Origin: an uncultured Verrucomicrobiae bacterium
Lineage (GTDB): Bacteria > Verrucomicrobiota > Verrucomicrobiia > Palsa-1439
Assembly (NCBI GenBank): GCA_963812605.1
Contig: CAWEWF010000001.1
Location: 416,001 to 480,000, forward strand
DNA: 64,000 nucleotides
Direction of reading: 5' to 3'
The notes under the pieces are model-generated. The model ran no database searches. It was given only the letters and a program-made list of their open reading frames with translations, and had not been told where the DNA came from. The position numbers and the translations under genes were made by a program. This document shows positions 27,323-37,512 of the stretch, piece after piece; position 1 is the first letter of the stretch, and the number at the start of each line of letters is the position of its first letter.

Positions 27323-29107
27323 GTGTTCGACAGTAGAATTGTGCTACCGGATAATACCGTCAGCATTTGTGCGGGCCAATGTGTGAATAGGTTTCATTCC
27401 TTTGCCAGCGTCTGGAAAGATGGGTTGGCGTCGCGCTGGTGCGATGCCATCATCATCCTTGGTTTGATTCTGTTCGCGAGCTTCTCCTTCTACGCGACGC
27501 CCGAATTCGCCGCCAATCTGTCGGAAGATGGCGCGGACTCCGCGATTCCCGCGGTGAACCTGCTGGAGCGCGGAAAATTCGTCCTGACAGCCTACGGTCG
27601 TGACTATCCACCGGCGCATCCGTTCGGGGTGGCATTATTGTTGATACCGACGTACCTGGTGACGGGACATTTCCTCGGGAACGGCATCTACGCGATTCTT
27701 CTCTGCGCGCTCGGTTCCATCGTGGTCATTTACCTCTTGGGCATGAAGCTGGGTGGACGATGGTGCGGCAGTTGCGCCGCGCTGTTTCTGATCACGCATT
27801 ACGGCTTCTGGCAGTATTCCCAGAAGATCATGAGCGAAGTGCCCTCGGTGCTTCTGCTGGCCAGCATGCTGTTCCTGCTCCTTTCCGTTCGCGAAAAAAG
27901 AGTAGCGGGCTTGCGCTGCGTCGCGGTGGGAGCACTTCTCGGGGTTGCCGTCACGGTTCGTTATGACAACCTGCTTTGGTTCGCGCCGACCGCGGTGCTG
28001 TTATTGGCCGCAGGCCCCTGGGCGGAACGCCTGCGGCGCGTGGCGCTCTGCCTGGCGGGCCTGGCGCCGTGGCTCCTTCTCCTGGCGGTCTATCAACAAG
28101 TGACCTTCGGGAGTCCGTGGCGGACGGGCTACAGCTACTGGGGCAACACCGGCGATTCCGCGCAACCGCATTTCTCCACGAAATACTTCACGACCTCCAG
28201 CTTTCTGGGAATGAAACAAATTGACCGCCAATTTGCCGGGCTTATTGAAGGAAATGGGATGTTCTATGCCGAGTCACTGCTCGCGGAGTCGGACACGACG
28301 CATATCTTCGGGCATCCGCTATACTGGCAGTTGCCCGATCGCCCGGTCTATCAGCTATTGGCGTTGTTGCGCACGGCCCTGGGCATCGTCGGCATCGTGG
28401 CCTGCCTGGCCGCATGGCGAACAAATCCGCTTCAGCGACAGTTCCTGCTTTGGTCGATCCCCATCACGCTCATCAGCGTCAGCTTGTTTCTGTTGTACTT
28501 CTGGGAGGAGGAACGGTTTCTGATGCGGCTGGTTCCGTTGTTCTGTCTCGCGAACGGCATGGGTGCGACAGCGTTGCTGTCAAAATGGCCCGCAAAATCA
28601 TGGCGCGCAATTGTGTCTATCCTCGTCGGCGTATTGATCGCGGGTTTGGCGTTTTACAACTGGCAGATGGGTTTTCCGACGGGCAACGATTTGCATTTCT
28701 ACGAAGTATTCACCTACGCGTCACGTCACATGGAGCCCGATGCGGTCGTGGTCACCAATTTCGACCCCTACCGCGCTGATGCCTATCTGGTCCGCGGCAC
28801 GAAACGCATGGCCGTGCCGCTCGCGCGCGACCGGGGAGGCGTGGTACTATTGGTGAACGGGAAGCCAACACTCACTTCCATCGACCCGTTCGTCGCGGTG
28901 GAAGACCCCGAACGGCTGAGGGAATTCCTTCACTCCGGGCGACCAATCTACTGGCTCATTAACAACCCATGGTCAGGACAGCCCCCGAAGGAACTGGACG
29001 CGCTGCAACGATCATTTCGACTGCAGGTGCTGGCGACGGCCAACCCGAATGGAGCCGGCGAACAACCCTACTTTGGACGGGTCCGCAACTTGTCGGAAGG
29101 ACAGTGA
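27323..29107 (+). CDS. ArnT/PMT-like (GT-C) membrane glycosyltransferase
   Basis: Many TMs; DG...YPPAHPFG, IMSEVP, TVRYDN, YQQVTFGSPW, ERFLM; start codon uncertain. Confidence 0.75.
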   Translation: MFDSRIVLPDNTVSICAGQCVNRFHSFASVWKDGLASRWCDAIIILGLILFASFSFYATPEFAANLSEDGADSAIPAVNLLERGKFVLTAYGRDYPPAHPFGVALLLIPTYLVTGHFLGNGIYAILLCALGSIVVIYLLGMKLGGRWCGSCAALFLITHYGFWQYSQKIMSEVPSVLLLASMLFLLLSVREKRVAGLRCVAVGALLGVAVTVRYDNLLWFAPTAVLLLAAGPWAERLRRVALCLAGLAPWLLLLAVYQQVTFGSPWRTGYSYWGNTGDSAQPHFSTKYFTTSSFLGMKQIDRQFAGLIEGNGMFYAESLLAESDTTHIFGHPLYWQLPDRPVYQLLALLRTALGIVGIVACLAAWRTNPLQRQFLLWSIPITLISVSLFLLYFWEEERFLMRLVPLFCLANGMGATALLSKWPAKSWRAIVSILVGVLIAGLAFYNWQMGFPTGNDLHFYEVFTYASRHMEPDAVVVTNFDPYRADAYLVRGTKRMAVPLARDRGGVVLLVNGKPTLTSIDPFVAVEDPERLREFLHSGRPIYWLINNPWSGQPPKELDALQRSFRLQVLATANPNGAGEQPYFGRVRNLSEGQ

Positions 29108-29114
29108 CTTCCGA

Positions 29115-29621
29115 TTATTTGCGATGGGTCACTTGTTTTGCCGGAAGGGCCGTGATGCGCTGTTTGATGTCGGCGGGTTCAACGTCCGACGCGACAACCT
29201 GGCCGTCGATCGATGCTTCCACATAGTAACCTTCCACCTTGGACGCGTGCGTGCGGAGTTCAATCGGCCCGGCGTCAAAGCTGAATTTTTCGGCCGGCTT
29301 GAAGTCATGGGACAGCTTGCCCATTTCCGCGTGTAATGGCCTGCCGGGATGATTGATTAACACCGCCCAATGGAATTCTACGTGGTCGCGCGGCAGGCCG
29401 CTCATATTCATGACATCAACGGTATACGAAACCGTTTCGCTGGTTTCACGAGACGTCACCGAATCCGAGTCGCTCACCCACGATTCGGTCCTGCGGGTGG
29501 TGTAATTCGCGTGATCGTTCCTGGTCACCTTCAATTGCAGCGGGCTGGTCGCCGGCTGCGCCAGGATCGTCGCCGCGAATGAGACCACCATCACCGAAGC
29601 TATTGCCCAGAGTTTTTTCAT
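29115..29621 (-). CDS. Hypothetical secreted beta-rich protein (paralog of 19265-19834)
   Basis: Signal peptide; AGGAG RBS; shared motifs with 19265-19834. Confidence 0.7.
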   Translation of the reverse strand: MKKLWAIASVMVVSFAATILAQPATSPLQLKVTRNDHANYTTRRTESWVSDSDSVTSRETSETVSYTVDVMNMSGLPRDHVEFHWAVLINHPGRPLHAEMGKLSHDFKPAEKFSFDAGPIELRTHASKVEGYYVEASIDGQVVASDVEPADIKQRITALPAKQVTHRK

Positions 29622-29660
29622 TGCGCAACTCCTTTCAAATAAACCGGCGGAACGGGGACG

Positions 29661-31333
29661 TCAATGACCATGCAGACGGAAGAAGGCATGGTCGATGTTC
29701 GGGCTGTTGGTCACGACGAAACTGTTGCCCACGATGTTCACGGTGTCGGTGACAGCGGCCCAGTTGCCGGCGACCAGGTCGGTGGTTGTTTCCAACACGG
29801 CATTTGTGGCGGATGATGGCCAGGAAATCACCGCCTGATTGTTCACCTTTGTGATCTGCAGCGCGTCGGGAGTATAGAAGGAAACCGGAAGCGAACTATT
29901 GCCATTCGCCACGACGACCAGTGAATACGTTCCCGCAACCAAACCGGCCGGCAACCTGAATTCCGTGGTTTCGGGTGTGGTCCCGGTCATGACGCTGGTG
30001 CTGCTCCAATTGAAAGTGCGCGCGTAATGGACGTTACCGGCGGCATCGGTCAGGCGGACGATGGGGTAGTTGCTGTTCATCTGCCAGTCATCGCCATAAG
30101 CCGCGCCTTCCGAGATGCCATTGAGCAGGGCGCCGGTCAGGTGATAGGAGCCGTCAGCATTCGGGGTGATCGTGGTGATGAACGGCTTGCCCGGCGGCCA
30201 GGGGTGAGCCGTCGGGCTGATAAACGTAGAGTTGGGAGCTGAATTGGGAGTAGAGCACGGTCCCATCCGGTAGGTCGAGCATGAGGGTCCAGTAGGAAGG
30301 GTGATTGGCGGTGGTGCCACCCGCCGGGGCGTTTGCCTGGGTGAAAGCGTTGCTGACTGGATCGTACTCGTAGAAGCTTGTCGGCGATGGGAAATGGTTG
30401 CCAGAGGTGGGAACGGGGGACACGGCACAAAGAATCCTGCCGTTGACCATCATGGCCGCCGCCGCATCGGGGGTTCCCTGCGCATTGGGGATATTGGGGC
30501 CGGCCGTCCAGGCGCCCGGGCTAGTCGTGCCTGTCGGGGTGTACAGGGCGGTGTGCCCGGTGCTGCCCAGAAAAAAGGCCTTTCCACTCGGCAGCAGGAA
30601 ACCGGCTCCCGAGTTCGAATCCAAAGCTGTCATAAAGCTGTTCCGGAACATTTCCGTCGTTGACCCACATATTCAAGGAAGGGATGTAACGTTCCGAGTT
30701 GGTGCTGGCCGGGTCAATGGTGAGGATACTGTCGTCGGGAAGCTTGACCCAACTGGCTTCGTCCTGGTCGGTGCCCCGGAAGAAATTCGGTCCATCCATC
30801 CATGTATTACTCAGGTAATCAAAAATGACCGTGCCGCCCGAGATAACCGGCGCGACGAGCACATTACCGTTGGGCAGCACCTTCGATACCGAGTCATAGA
30901 AATCCTCTCCCGAACTCGGAAGCGACGTCCACACGTTGACCAACGGATCGTATACCTCGGCCGTTTGCGAATTTGCGGAATGCATACCGGCGGAACCATA
31001 CTCGCCGCCCGCGACAAAAACCCTGCCGTCCTTGAGAACTTGCGAGGAGAAGTAGAGACGGGCATCGTGCATCGGGGCCAGCGTTGTCCAGGTGCCGTTC
31101 ACGTAGCTACCGTGAATGTCCGGCGTCAGCCGATACCAATTACTGCTCGTGCCGGATTGTTGGGCCATGACCGTGCCATCGGGGAGCAGGAGCATGAGAT
31201 CAACCGAACTGGGCGCGGTATGGGCCAGCGGCGTCCAGTTCCCCACGGCCATTGCCCGCCATGGAATCAATACTCCCCCAGCAGCCAACAATATTCCCAG
31301 CCAGCGGCAACGCCTGGATAACGCCGCGAACAT
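29661..31333 (-). pseudogene. Secreted Kelch/galactose-oxidase-like propeller protein, two frameshifts
   Basis: LLPDGTV, LKDGRVFVAGGEY, AEVYDP repeats across ORFs 31333-30521, 30651-30154 and 30428-29661; shifts near 30610 and 30190; C-terminus AFFRLH. Confidence 0.8.
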
Positions 31334-31506
31334 CGTTCGCTATCCAAGCACAAGATTACTATGGAATTCAAGAATTCTCGGGCGGCAGCGAACATCTCAA
31401 ATTGGTGCCGAACCGCATGCGGAAAGAACACTGGCATGCACCCTGTGCGCCGCCTCGGTCGACGAAGCTGTGCCGCGCAGGCTCGTGCGTGTGGGTAGTG
31501 GCTGGT

Positions 31507-33652
31507 TTACCCGGGGAGTGTCGCCATGAGCGGCGTTCTCCGTTTCCAGAGCAGCGCACCATAGGAAAGGGCGTATATTACCAGCGCCACCAGCAACTGG
31601 TGGCGAAAGCCAATGATTAACGTACTATACTCCGCCAGCCCGCCCACCACGGCCCCCAGCAGATTAGACGCGAACGCCAGGTCGGGCGTCGCGTTGCGCT
31701 TAAACGAATGCGCGAAGACGAAAGCTGCGAAGAAGAGTGGCGATCCCATCAGGACCATCGCCACGACCAGCCGCAGCCACAGTCGCACCCCCAGAAGATC
31801 GTGAATGGGGTAGAGGAAATTCACGAGTATGGAAATGCCCAGCAACGCGTAGCACAGCCGCAGGTTCACGGCAGAAAGTCGCTGCATGATGAGATTGGCC
31901 AGCAGTATCACCAGCAGGATTGCCGTGAATACGATCGAGTTGACGACCCATGTTGAACCGAACAACAGGGCGAAAGCGGGTGACGCTGAGCGTTTCAATC
32001 AACAGAAACGCACCGCCGAGAAAGAAAAAGTGCAGGTCGATGCGCCGCAGGCGCCCGCCCGAGCAGCCGAACACGCTGGCCAGGGAGATCGTCAGCAACG
32101 CCACGAGGGCGATTCCGTATTGCCGTGGTAATTTCCGCCCTTCCAGATAGAGAAACGGCCAATCGTCGGTGGCCGGTTCCACAAGGCCGGCGCTCTGCGC
32201 TTGTTGGACACCGAGATACTGGCGCAGGCCTGGCCCCGTGATGAAGGTATACCCCGGGGTCTGCTTAGTTTCGGACATCACGGGTGCCATCCCATACGCT
32301 TCCGTCAGGATGGCATACATTCGCGCCTCCATGAACGGCGCGCCGAGCCCGTGCTCCACCACCACGAGGCCCTGATCCTTGAGGAGCTGCCGCACCTCGC
32401 GGAAGCTTTCCACGGTAAAGACGAACGAGTCCAGTCGGACGGACGACATACTGGAGAAGAGGCGGTGTGAATCCAGCAGTCCAAACACGACCATGTCATA
32501 ACGGTGGTGGGTCTTGTGGAAAAAGGACCGTGCGTCATCGACGTAGACGGTCACCCGCGGATCATCATACGGATGTTCCGGGTGACGCGTTCGGCCCAAC
32601 TGGACGATCGCCGGATCGATCTCAACCGCATCCACGTGCTGGGCCCCGTGACGCAACGCCGCTGCCGTATCATTGCCCGTGCCCGCCCCGACAATCAGCA
32701 CATCCCGATACGGGAAGTTGGGGATGCGGTAGGCCAGGTCGTAATGTTCCAGGTTGTGACGGAGAAATGGATAGCGGGCGACCGCCGTCGGCGAAAGATT
32801 CAATGCCATCTGCAGGAAATCCTCGTCCACCGCGACGTGAAACCCGAATTCCGGGGGCAACACCTGCACCGTTTCCTGGTCAGTGCCGTTGTAGACTGAC
32901 AACTGTCCCGTTGACCGCAGGATTGCCAACGGCGAGGCGGTGATCTTGTGATAGGGCGACCAAACGAACCCGCCGCCGGCCACGGTCACGTTGGTGATGG
33001 TGATCAATACGGCGACGAGGTTGGCGCACAGAAGCGCCTTTTCTCGTCGCACGAACCACAGCAAGGGTACCAGGGCCAAACCAAACCACCAGGCAGGGGC
33101 GAGTTGCAGGAATGACACAGCCGAGAACGCCACAACCCCCAGCACACTTCCGAGTATATTGAGAATGTAGCCGTTCAGCGGCGATCGTGTCGTCAGCAAG
33201 CCTACGCCGATCTTCTGCCCGAGGGGCACGAACGTGGCCGTGATCAGAAGAAAGAAGATGACGAGGGTAAACAGAAGCGGGACGGTCAGCAAGGACGCGC
33301 GATTGACGTCCGTGTAGAGGACGTCCTGCGTCAGGGTTTGCGTCTTGACGAAGAGATTGAACCCCAGGGCCACCACCACCAACAGCAATACCAGCAGCGG
33401 TTCGTACCGCACCAATTCGCGGCGCCACCGCGCCAGCATGGACCCAAGACCCAATCCCAAGAAGGAGGCGATCAGGACGAAATTCGTGAAGTAGGCGAGC
33501 ACGCGTTCATAGGAAGGCACCCAGCGGATGAACATGACTTCCATGAACAAGGCGAGGAAGCTGGCGATGAACAAGTCGGTCTTCCACCCTGGGATGTCCG
33601 CAGCGGCAGCCGGGAAAGAATCGTGCGTCGCGTGAATGGGGAGCGCTTCCAT
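31507..33652 (-). pseudogene. Membrane protein fused to a spermidine-synthase-like methyltransferase, one frameshift near 31975
   Basis: VLIVGAGTGND, VDAVEIDP, DDARSF, ATDDWPFLYL; TRF|ALLFGSTW junction split between two frames. Confidence 0.8.
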
Positions 33653-33815
33653 ATTTTATGCGAATGGGCGACACATTAATGTGGTGGGGCACCCGCGACA
33701 ACTCATTATCACATCATCCGAACAAGTTTTCGCGGGTGGACCCGATGCGAAGCGGCGGTTCACCCGCGGAAAAATTGCTTGCGTCACCTTTCGCGTCCGC
33801 CCATTCTAGCAGAGC

Positions 33816-34538
33816 ATGAAACGCGCCGACGGCCGCCGTCCCAATCAACTTCGCCCGGTAAAAATCCAGCCGCACTACGTCAAGCAGCCGGCGGGTTCCG
33901 CGCTCATCGAGATGGGCAACACGCGCGTGCTGTGTGCCGCCTCGGTCGAGGAAGGCGTGCCGCGCTGGATGCGCGAGCAAGGGGTGAAAGGCGGTTGGAT
34001 CACCGCCGAGTATTCGATGCTGCCCTACGCCACCGCGCCGCGCAAAGCGCGCGAGGTGACCCGCGGGCGTGTCGAGGGTCGCACGCAGGAAATCCAGCGG
34101 CTCGTGGGGCGCGCGTTGCGGTCGGTCACCGATATCGAGAAGCTGGGTGAGCGGACAATTTGGATTGATTGTGACGTGCTGCAAGCCGACGGGGGCACGC
34201 GCACGGCGGCGATTACGGGTGCGTACGTCGCGGTGATGCTCGCCATGCACAAGCTGGAAGGCGAAGGGGTGCTCAAAGAATGCCCCCTGAAATCCGGTGT
34301 GGCCGCCATCAGCGTCGGCATGCTTGACGGTGTGCCGCTGCTGGATTTGTGTTATGAGGAGGACTCGAAGGCGGCGGTGGACATGAATGTGGTGATGACG
34401 GACGAAGGCCATTTTGTGGAAGTCCAGGGAACAGGGGAGGACGCGCCGTTTACGCAACGGCAGATGACGACGATGCTCAAATTGGCCTGCGGGGGAATCG
34501 CCGACCTGCTGGCGATCCAGAAGAAAGTCTTGGACTAG
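33816..34538 (+). CDS. rph: Ribonuclease PH
   Basis: GWITAEYSMLP, GRTQEIQRLVGRALR, DCDVLQADGGTRTAAITG, DMNVVM, EVQGTGE. Confidence 0.97.
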   Translation: MKRADGRRPNQLRPVKIQPHYVKQPAGSALIEMGNTRVLCAASVEEGVPRWMREQGVKGGWITAEYSMLPYATAPRKAREVTRGRVEGRTQEIQRLVGRALRSVTDIEKLGERTIWIDCDVLQADGGTRTAAITGAYVAVMLAMHKLEGEGVLKECPLKSGVAAISVGMLDGVPLLDLCYEEDSKAAVDMNVVMTDEGHFVEVQGTGEDAPFTQRQMTTMLKLACGGIADLLAIQKKVLD

Positions 34539-34558
34539 TGATTACTTGGGAAAAGAGA

Positions 34559-34580
34559 ACGGGCGAGACGCCTGTTCTAC
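34559..34580. repeat. REP-like palindrome between convergent rph and trxA
   Basis: AACGGGCGAGACGCCTGTTCTAC. Confidence 0.55.
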
Positions 34581-34593
34581 GGAAGGCCGAAAA

Positions 34594-34924
34594 TCAGCCG
34601 TACGACGCCAGCTTCTTGTCCAGGTCCTTCTTGCCCGGTCATGCCCACCATCGTTTCCTTGACCTGGCCGCCCTGGAACAACAACAGCGTCGGGACGGCG
34701 CGAATACCAAAGCGGGTGGCAAGCTCCTGATTGTCGTCCACGTTGACCTTGGCGACCTTGATCTTGCCGAGCTTTTCCTGCGCGACTTCGTCGAGCATCG
34801 GCCCAATCATCTTGCACGGGCCGCACCAAGTCGCCCAAAAATCGACCAACACGGGTGTCGCGGCTTGGGTCACTTCCAAGTCAAAATTGGCTGTCGATAG
34901 AGTAACAATATGTTCGTTTGCCAT
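34594..34924 (-). CDS. trxA: Thioredoxin (apparent +1 frameshift near 34635)
   Basis: VLVDFWATWCGPCKMI, FGIRAVPTLL; removing one base restores ...GMTGKKDLDKKLASYG* ending at 34594. Confidence 0.9.
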
Positions 34925-34988
34925 GGATATGCTCCAGCTTGTACCTGAGTCTTTGGATGCGCTACAAGCCTGTTTCGATTCGGTCGGT

Positions 34989-35459
34989 TTAACCGTAAAT
35001 CAGGAAGGCCAGGTAACCGGCGACCGCGAGCGATAACACCATGGCCACGAGGGCCAAAGCGCCGCCGCCTCCATCCGAGACGACGACTCTTCCCGGTGCG
35101 ACCGCGGGGGAAGCGGCGATGGGGGTGCCGGTGGTCACGGGCCCCGGATCTTTGGTCAATTTGACCGTGGGGCGCGGTGTTTCCGGCGCCGCCGGCTTGG
35201 CAGCCGTGACCTGGACCCGCGCGGTGTCTTTCTTGGGCTTGGGCGCTTCCGCGGGACGGCCCATGACGGAGGTTTCCTTCTTCGCCTCTTCTTCGGGAGA
35301 GCCCGAAGGGGGAGGCGGAGGCCGGTTCGACGGCGCGGGAGTCGGAGGGGTGATGCTGGGGGTCGCGCTGCGGCCGGTCAGGCCCGGGGGCAGATTGATG
35401 CGAACCGTATCTTTCTTCAACTCTTCTGCTGGTCTTTGTTCCGGTATCTCGTCAGCCAT
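34989..35459 (-). CDS. Pro-rich disordered protein with C-terminal TM anchor
   Basis: GGAGG RBS before ATG 35459; KKDTVRI, KKETSVM and KKDTARV repeats; hydrophobic tail. Confidence 0.7.
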   Translation of the reverse strand: MADEIPEQRPAEELKKDTVRINLPPGLTGRSATPSITPPTPAPSNRPPPPPSGSPEEEAKKETSVMGRPAEAPKPKKDTARVQVTAAKPAAPETPRPTVKLTKDPGPVTTGTPIAASPAVAPGRVVVSDGGGGALALVAMVLSLAVAGYLAFLIYG

Positions 35460-35581
35460 TGGGTCGTCCTCCGAGAATGCTGGACAAACATACGCGCCCG
35501 CCCGCAACCCTGTCAAATTGTTTCTCCCCGTCGGCCGGGGTTGTCTTTGACGCGTTGGCGGAGTTGGCCTAGCATCGAGAC

Positions 35582-36060
35582 ATGACGCATACGGTGACTT
35601 TGATTCCGGGCGATGGCATCGGGCCGGAAATTGCCGCGGCGGTGCAGAAGGTTTTCGCGGCGGCGGGGGCGCCGGTGCAGTGGGACCTTCAGCCGCTGAA
35701 TGAAACCATCCTCAAGGAAACGAAAGGCGTGCCGACGGCGGCGGTGCTCGATTCGATCCGCGGCAATCGCGTTGCGTTAAAAGGCCCGCTCACGACGCCG
35801 ATCGGAGCTGGCTACACGAGCCTGAATTTGGTATTGCGCAAGACATTCGATTTGTATGCGAACGTACGGCCCGCAAAAACGCGTCCCGGCGTTCGGTCAC
35901 GTTACGAGAATGTCGACATCATCGTCGTCCGCGAGAATACCGAGGGCGAGTACTCGGGCCTGGAACACGAGGTGGTGCCGGGGGTGGTGGAATCGCTGAA
36001 GGTGATCACGCGCAAGGCGTCGGACCGCATCGCGCGCTATGCGTTCGAGTTGGCCCGTGG
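35582..36060 (+). pseudogene. Isocitrate/isopropylmalate dehydrogenase family, 3'-truncated by the HUH element
   Basis: [57 protein letters not shown], then element sequence; only about 160 aa; promoter TTGACG-17-TAGCAT. Confidence 0.88.
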
Positions 36061-36061
36061 A

Positions 36062-37140
36062 GGCATTGGGGTCAACTCTGTACTCTGGACACATTTTCTT
36101 TGATCCGAGCGAGTTTCCGCCGCAGCGCCTGATCGTCCGCGCTGCGACGCTCCAACCGGCGCACTACCTGTCCGACACCGCTGCCATCCCGGTACCCCTG
36201 CTCGCGGGCGACCGTCACGCCGCGCTCGCCTCCCAGTTGGACCCGCGCCCAAATCTTGATCCGTTCATCCGTCTCCCGTTCCAACACCGCCGCCAGGCGC
36301 ACGCGACGCTCCGACTGTTGACGGCGGTGTAACCAAGCCGCCTCGTCCGCTGCCGGCTTGCGGGCCACGTGCGCTTGCACCTTGGCTAATAACCGTTCTC
36401 CGCCCAACACCAGGCCGCCGATCAGTTCGTCCCAGGGGCTCTTCACGTCCCCGTCAAACCATCGCGCGATACTCCGGTGATACTGACGACGGGCCGTCGA
36501 CGGTTCCGCGCCCCAATACCGCAACCACTGCTGGCACAACCACGCGGGCCGCTTGCGCTCCAGTCCCGCATAGACCCGATGGCTGCTCCAGCGATATGCC
36601 GCCAATGCCGCCGCCCGGTCCGCCGCGATCGGCTGGCCTTTCCGCCGTGGCCGCACCGGATTTAAATGGATGTATTCCACCAATCCCTGGGCATAGGTAT
36701 CGGCCTCCACCACCTGAGCTTTGAACCGTCCCTGGAACAGATGCCCGCTGCGCCGATGGCGGCGATTGAACCGCACCGTATATGTCACCTGCAACCACCC
36801 GACCGCCCGACTGAGGTTGGCCCGGGGCGTTTCCAATAGCAAGTGGTAGTGATTGTCCATCAGACAATAGGCGTGCAGGCTTACCCCGTAGCGTTCGACC
36901 GTCTCCGCCAACGTTTCCAGAAACCGACCCCGATCTCGACCGTCGCGATAGATGGCCTTGCGTTCGTTGCCACGCGCCATCACGTGGTACACCGCACCCG
37001 CGAACTCCACTCGAACAGGACGAGCCATCCCACTGAGTCTACGTCCGACTGCGCTTCCCTGTCAATTGTCCAGTGTACAGAGTTGACCCCGAGTTGACCC
37101 CGACTCCCCCGACTCGACCCCGACTCCGACCCACGACTCC
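36062..37140 (-). mobile_element. TIR-flanked HUH/Y1 tyrosine transposase element (TIRYT/RAYT-like)
   Basis: 24-bp inverted repeats at 36068-36091 and 37067-37090 (1 mismatch) beginning GGGGTCAAC; stuttered GACCCC/GACTCC units at 37091-37140. Confidence 0.85.
36072..37028 (-). CDS. REP/TIR-associated tyrosine (Y1 HUH) transposase
   Basis: MARPVR...[19 protein letters not shown] (HUH), [17 protein letters not shown] (catalytic Tyr), YRWSS; promoter TTGACA-18-TAGACT 7 nt before the ATG. Confidence 0.93.
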   Translation of the reverse strand: MARPVRVEFAGAVYHVMARGNERKAIYRDGRDRGRFLETLAETVERYGVSLHAYCLMDNHYHLLLETPRANLSRAVGWLQVTYTVRFNRRHRRSGHLFQGRFKAQVVEADTYAQGLVEYIHLNPVRPRRKGQPIAADRAAALAAYRWSSHRVYAGLERKRPAWLCQQWLRYWGAEPSTARRQYHRSIARWFDGDVKSPWDELIGGLVLGGERLLAKVQAHVARKPAADEAAWLHRRQQSERRVRLAAVLERETDERIKIWARVQLGGERGVTVAREQGYRDGSGVGQVVRRLERRSADDQALRRKLARIKENVSRVQS

Positions 37141-37165
37141 ACAGGTGCCCGACCCACGCGAAGAA

Positions 37166-37195
37166 CCCACCCCTTAATCCCCTCCAGGGAGGGGA
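37166..37195. repeat. CCCCT...AGGGG REP-like hairpin
   Basis: CCCACCCCTTAATCCCCTCCAGGGAGGGGA; related copy near 51797-51832. Confidence 0.5.
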
Positions 37196-37388
37196 ATCCG
37201 CCTTCGCGAGACCGCTATGGTGGACAAGCACGCTGGATTATCGTAAAACGATATTTGTGCTGGACTTGTGGGCGGATACGGAATAAGATCGACGCGGTTC
37301 TTTCAAAAAACTGACGTGGATCTGTCGGCGTCATATTCGGCGCTTCACAGAAGCGCCGCTACATCAGAAGAGGGCGCTGAAAAACACC

Positions 37389-37408
37389 TGTTTCTGCGAA
37401 ACGAACCC
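37389..37408 (+). repeat. Dispersed ACGAACCC repeat
   Basis: TGTTTCTGCGAAACGAACCC, identical to 51631-51650. Confidence 0.7.
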
Positions 37409-37512
37409 CCCAGTTAACAGGTTGATGCGCAAGAGGAAGTAAAGGGACGCTCAGGAATTGGCACGCTGTAGCGAACGGCGGGTTGGGCCAGCCCGCCCTA
37501 CCAGAATTGGTT

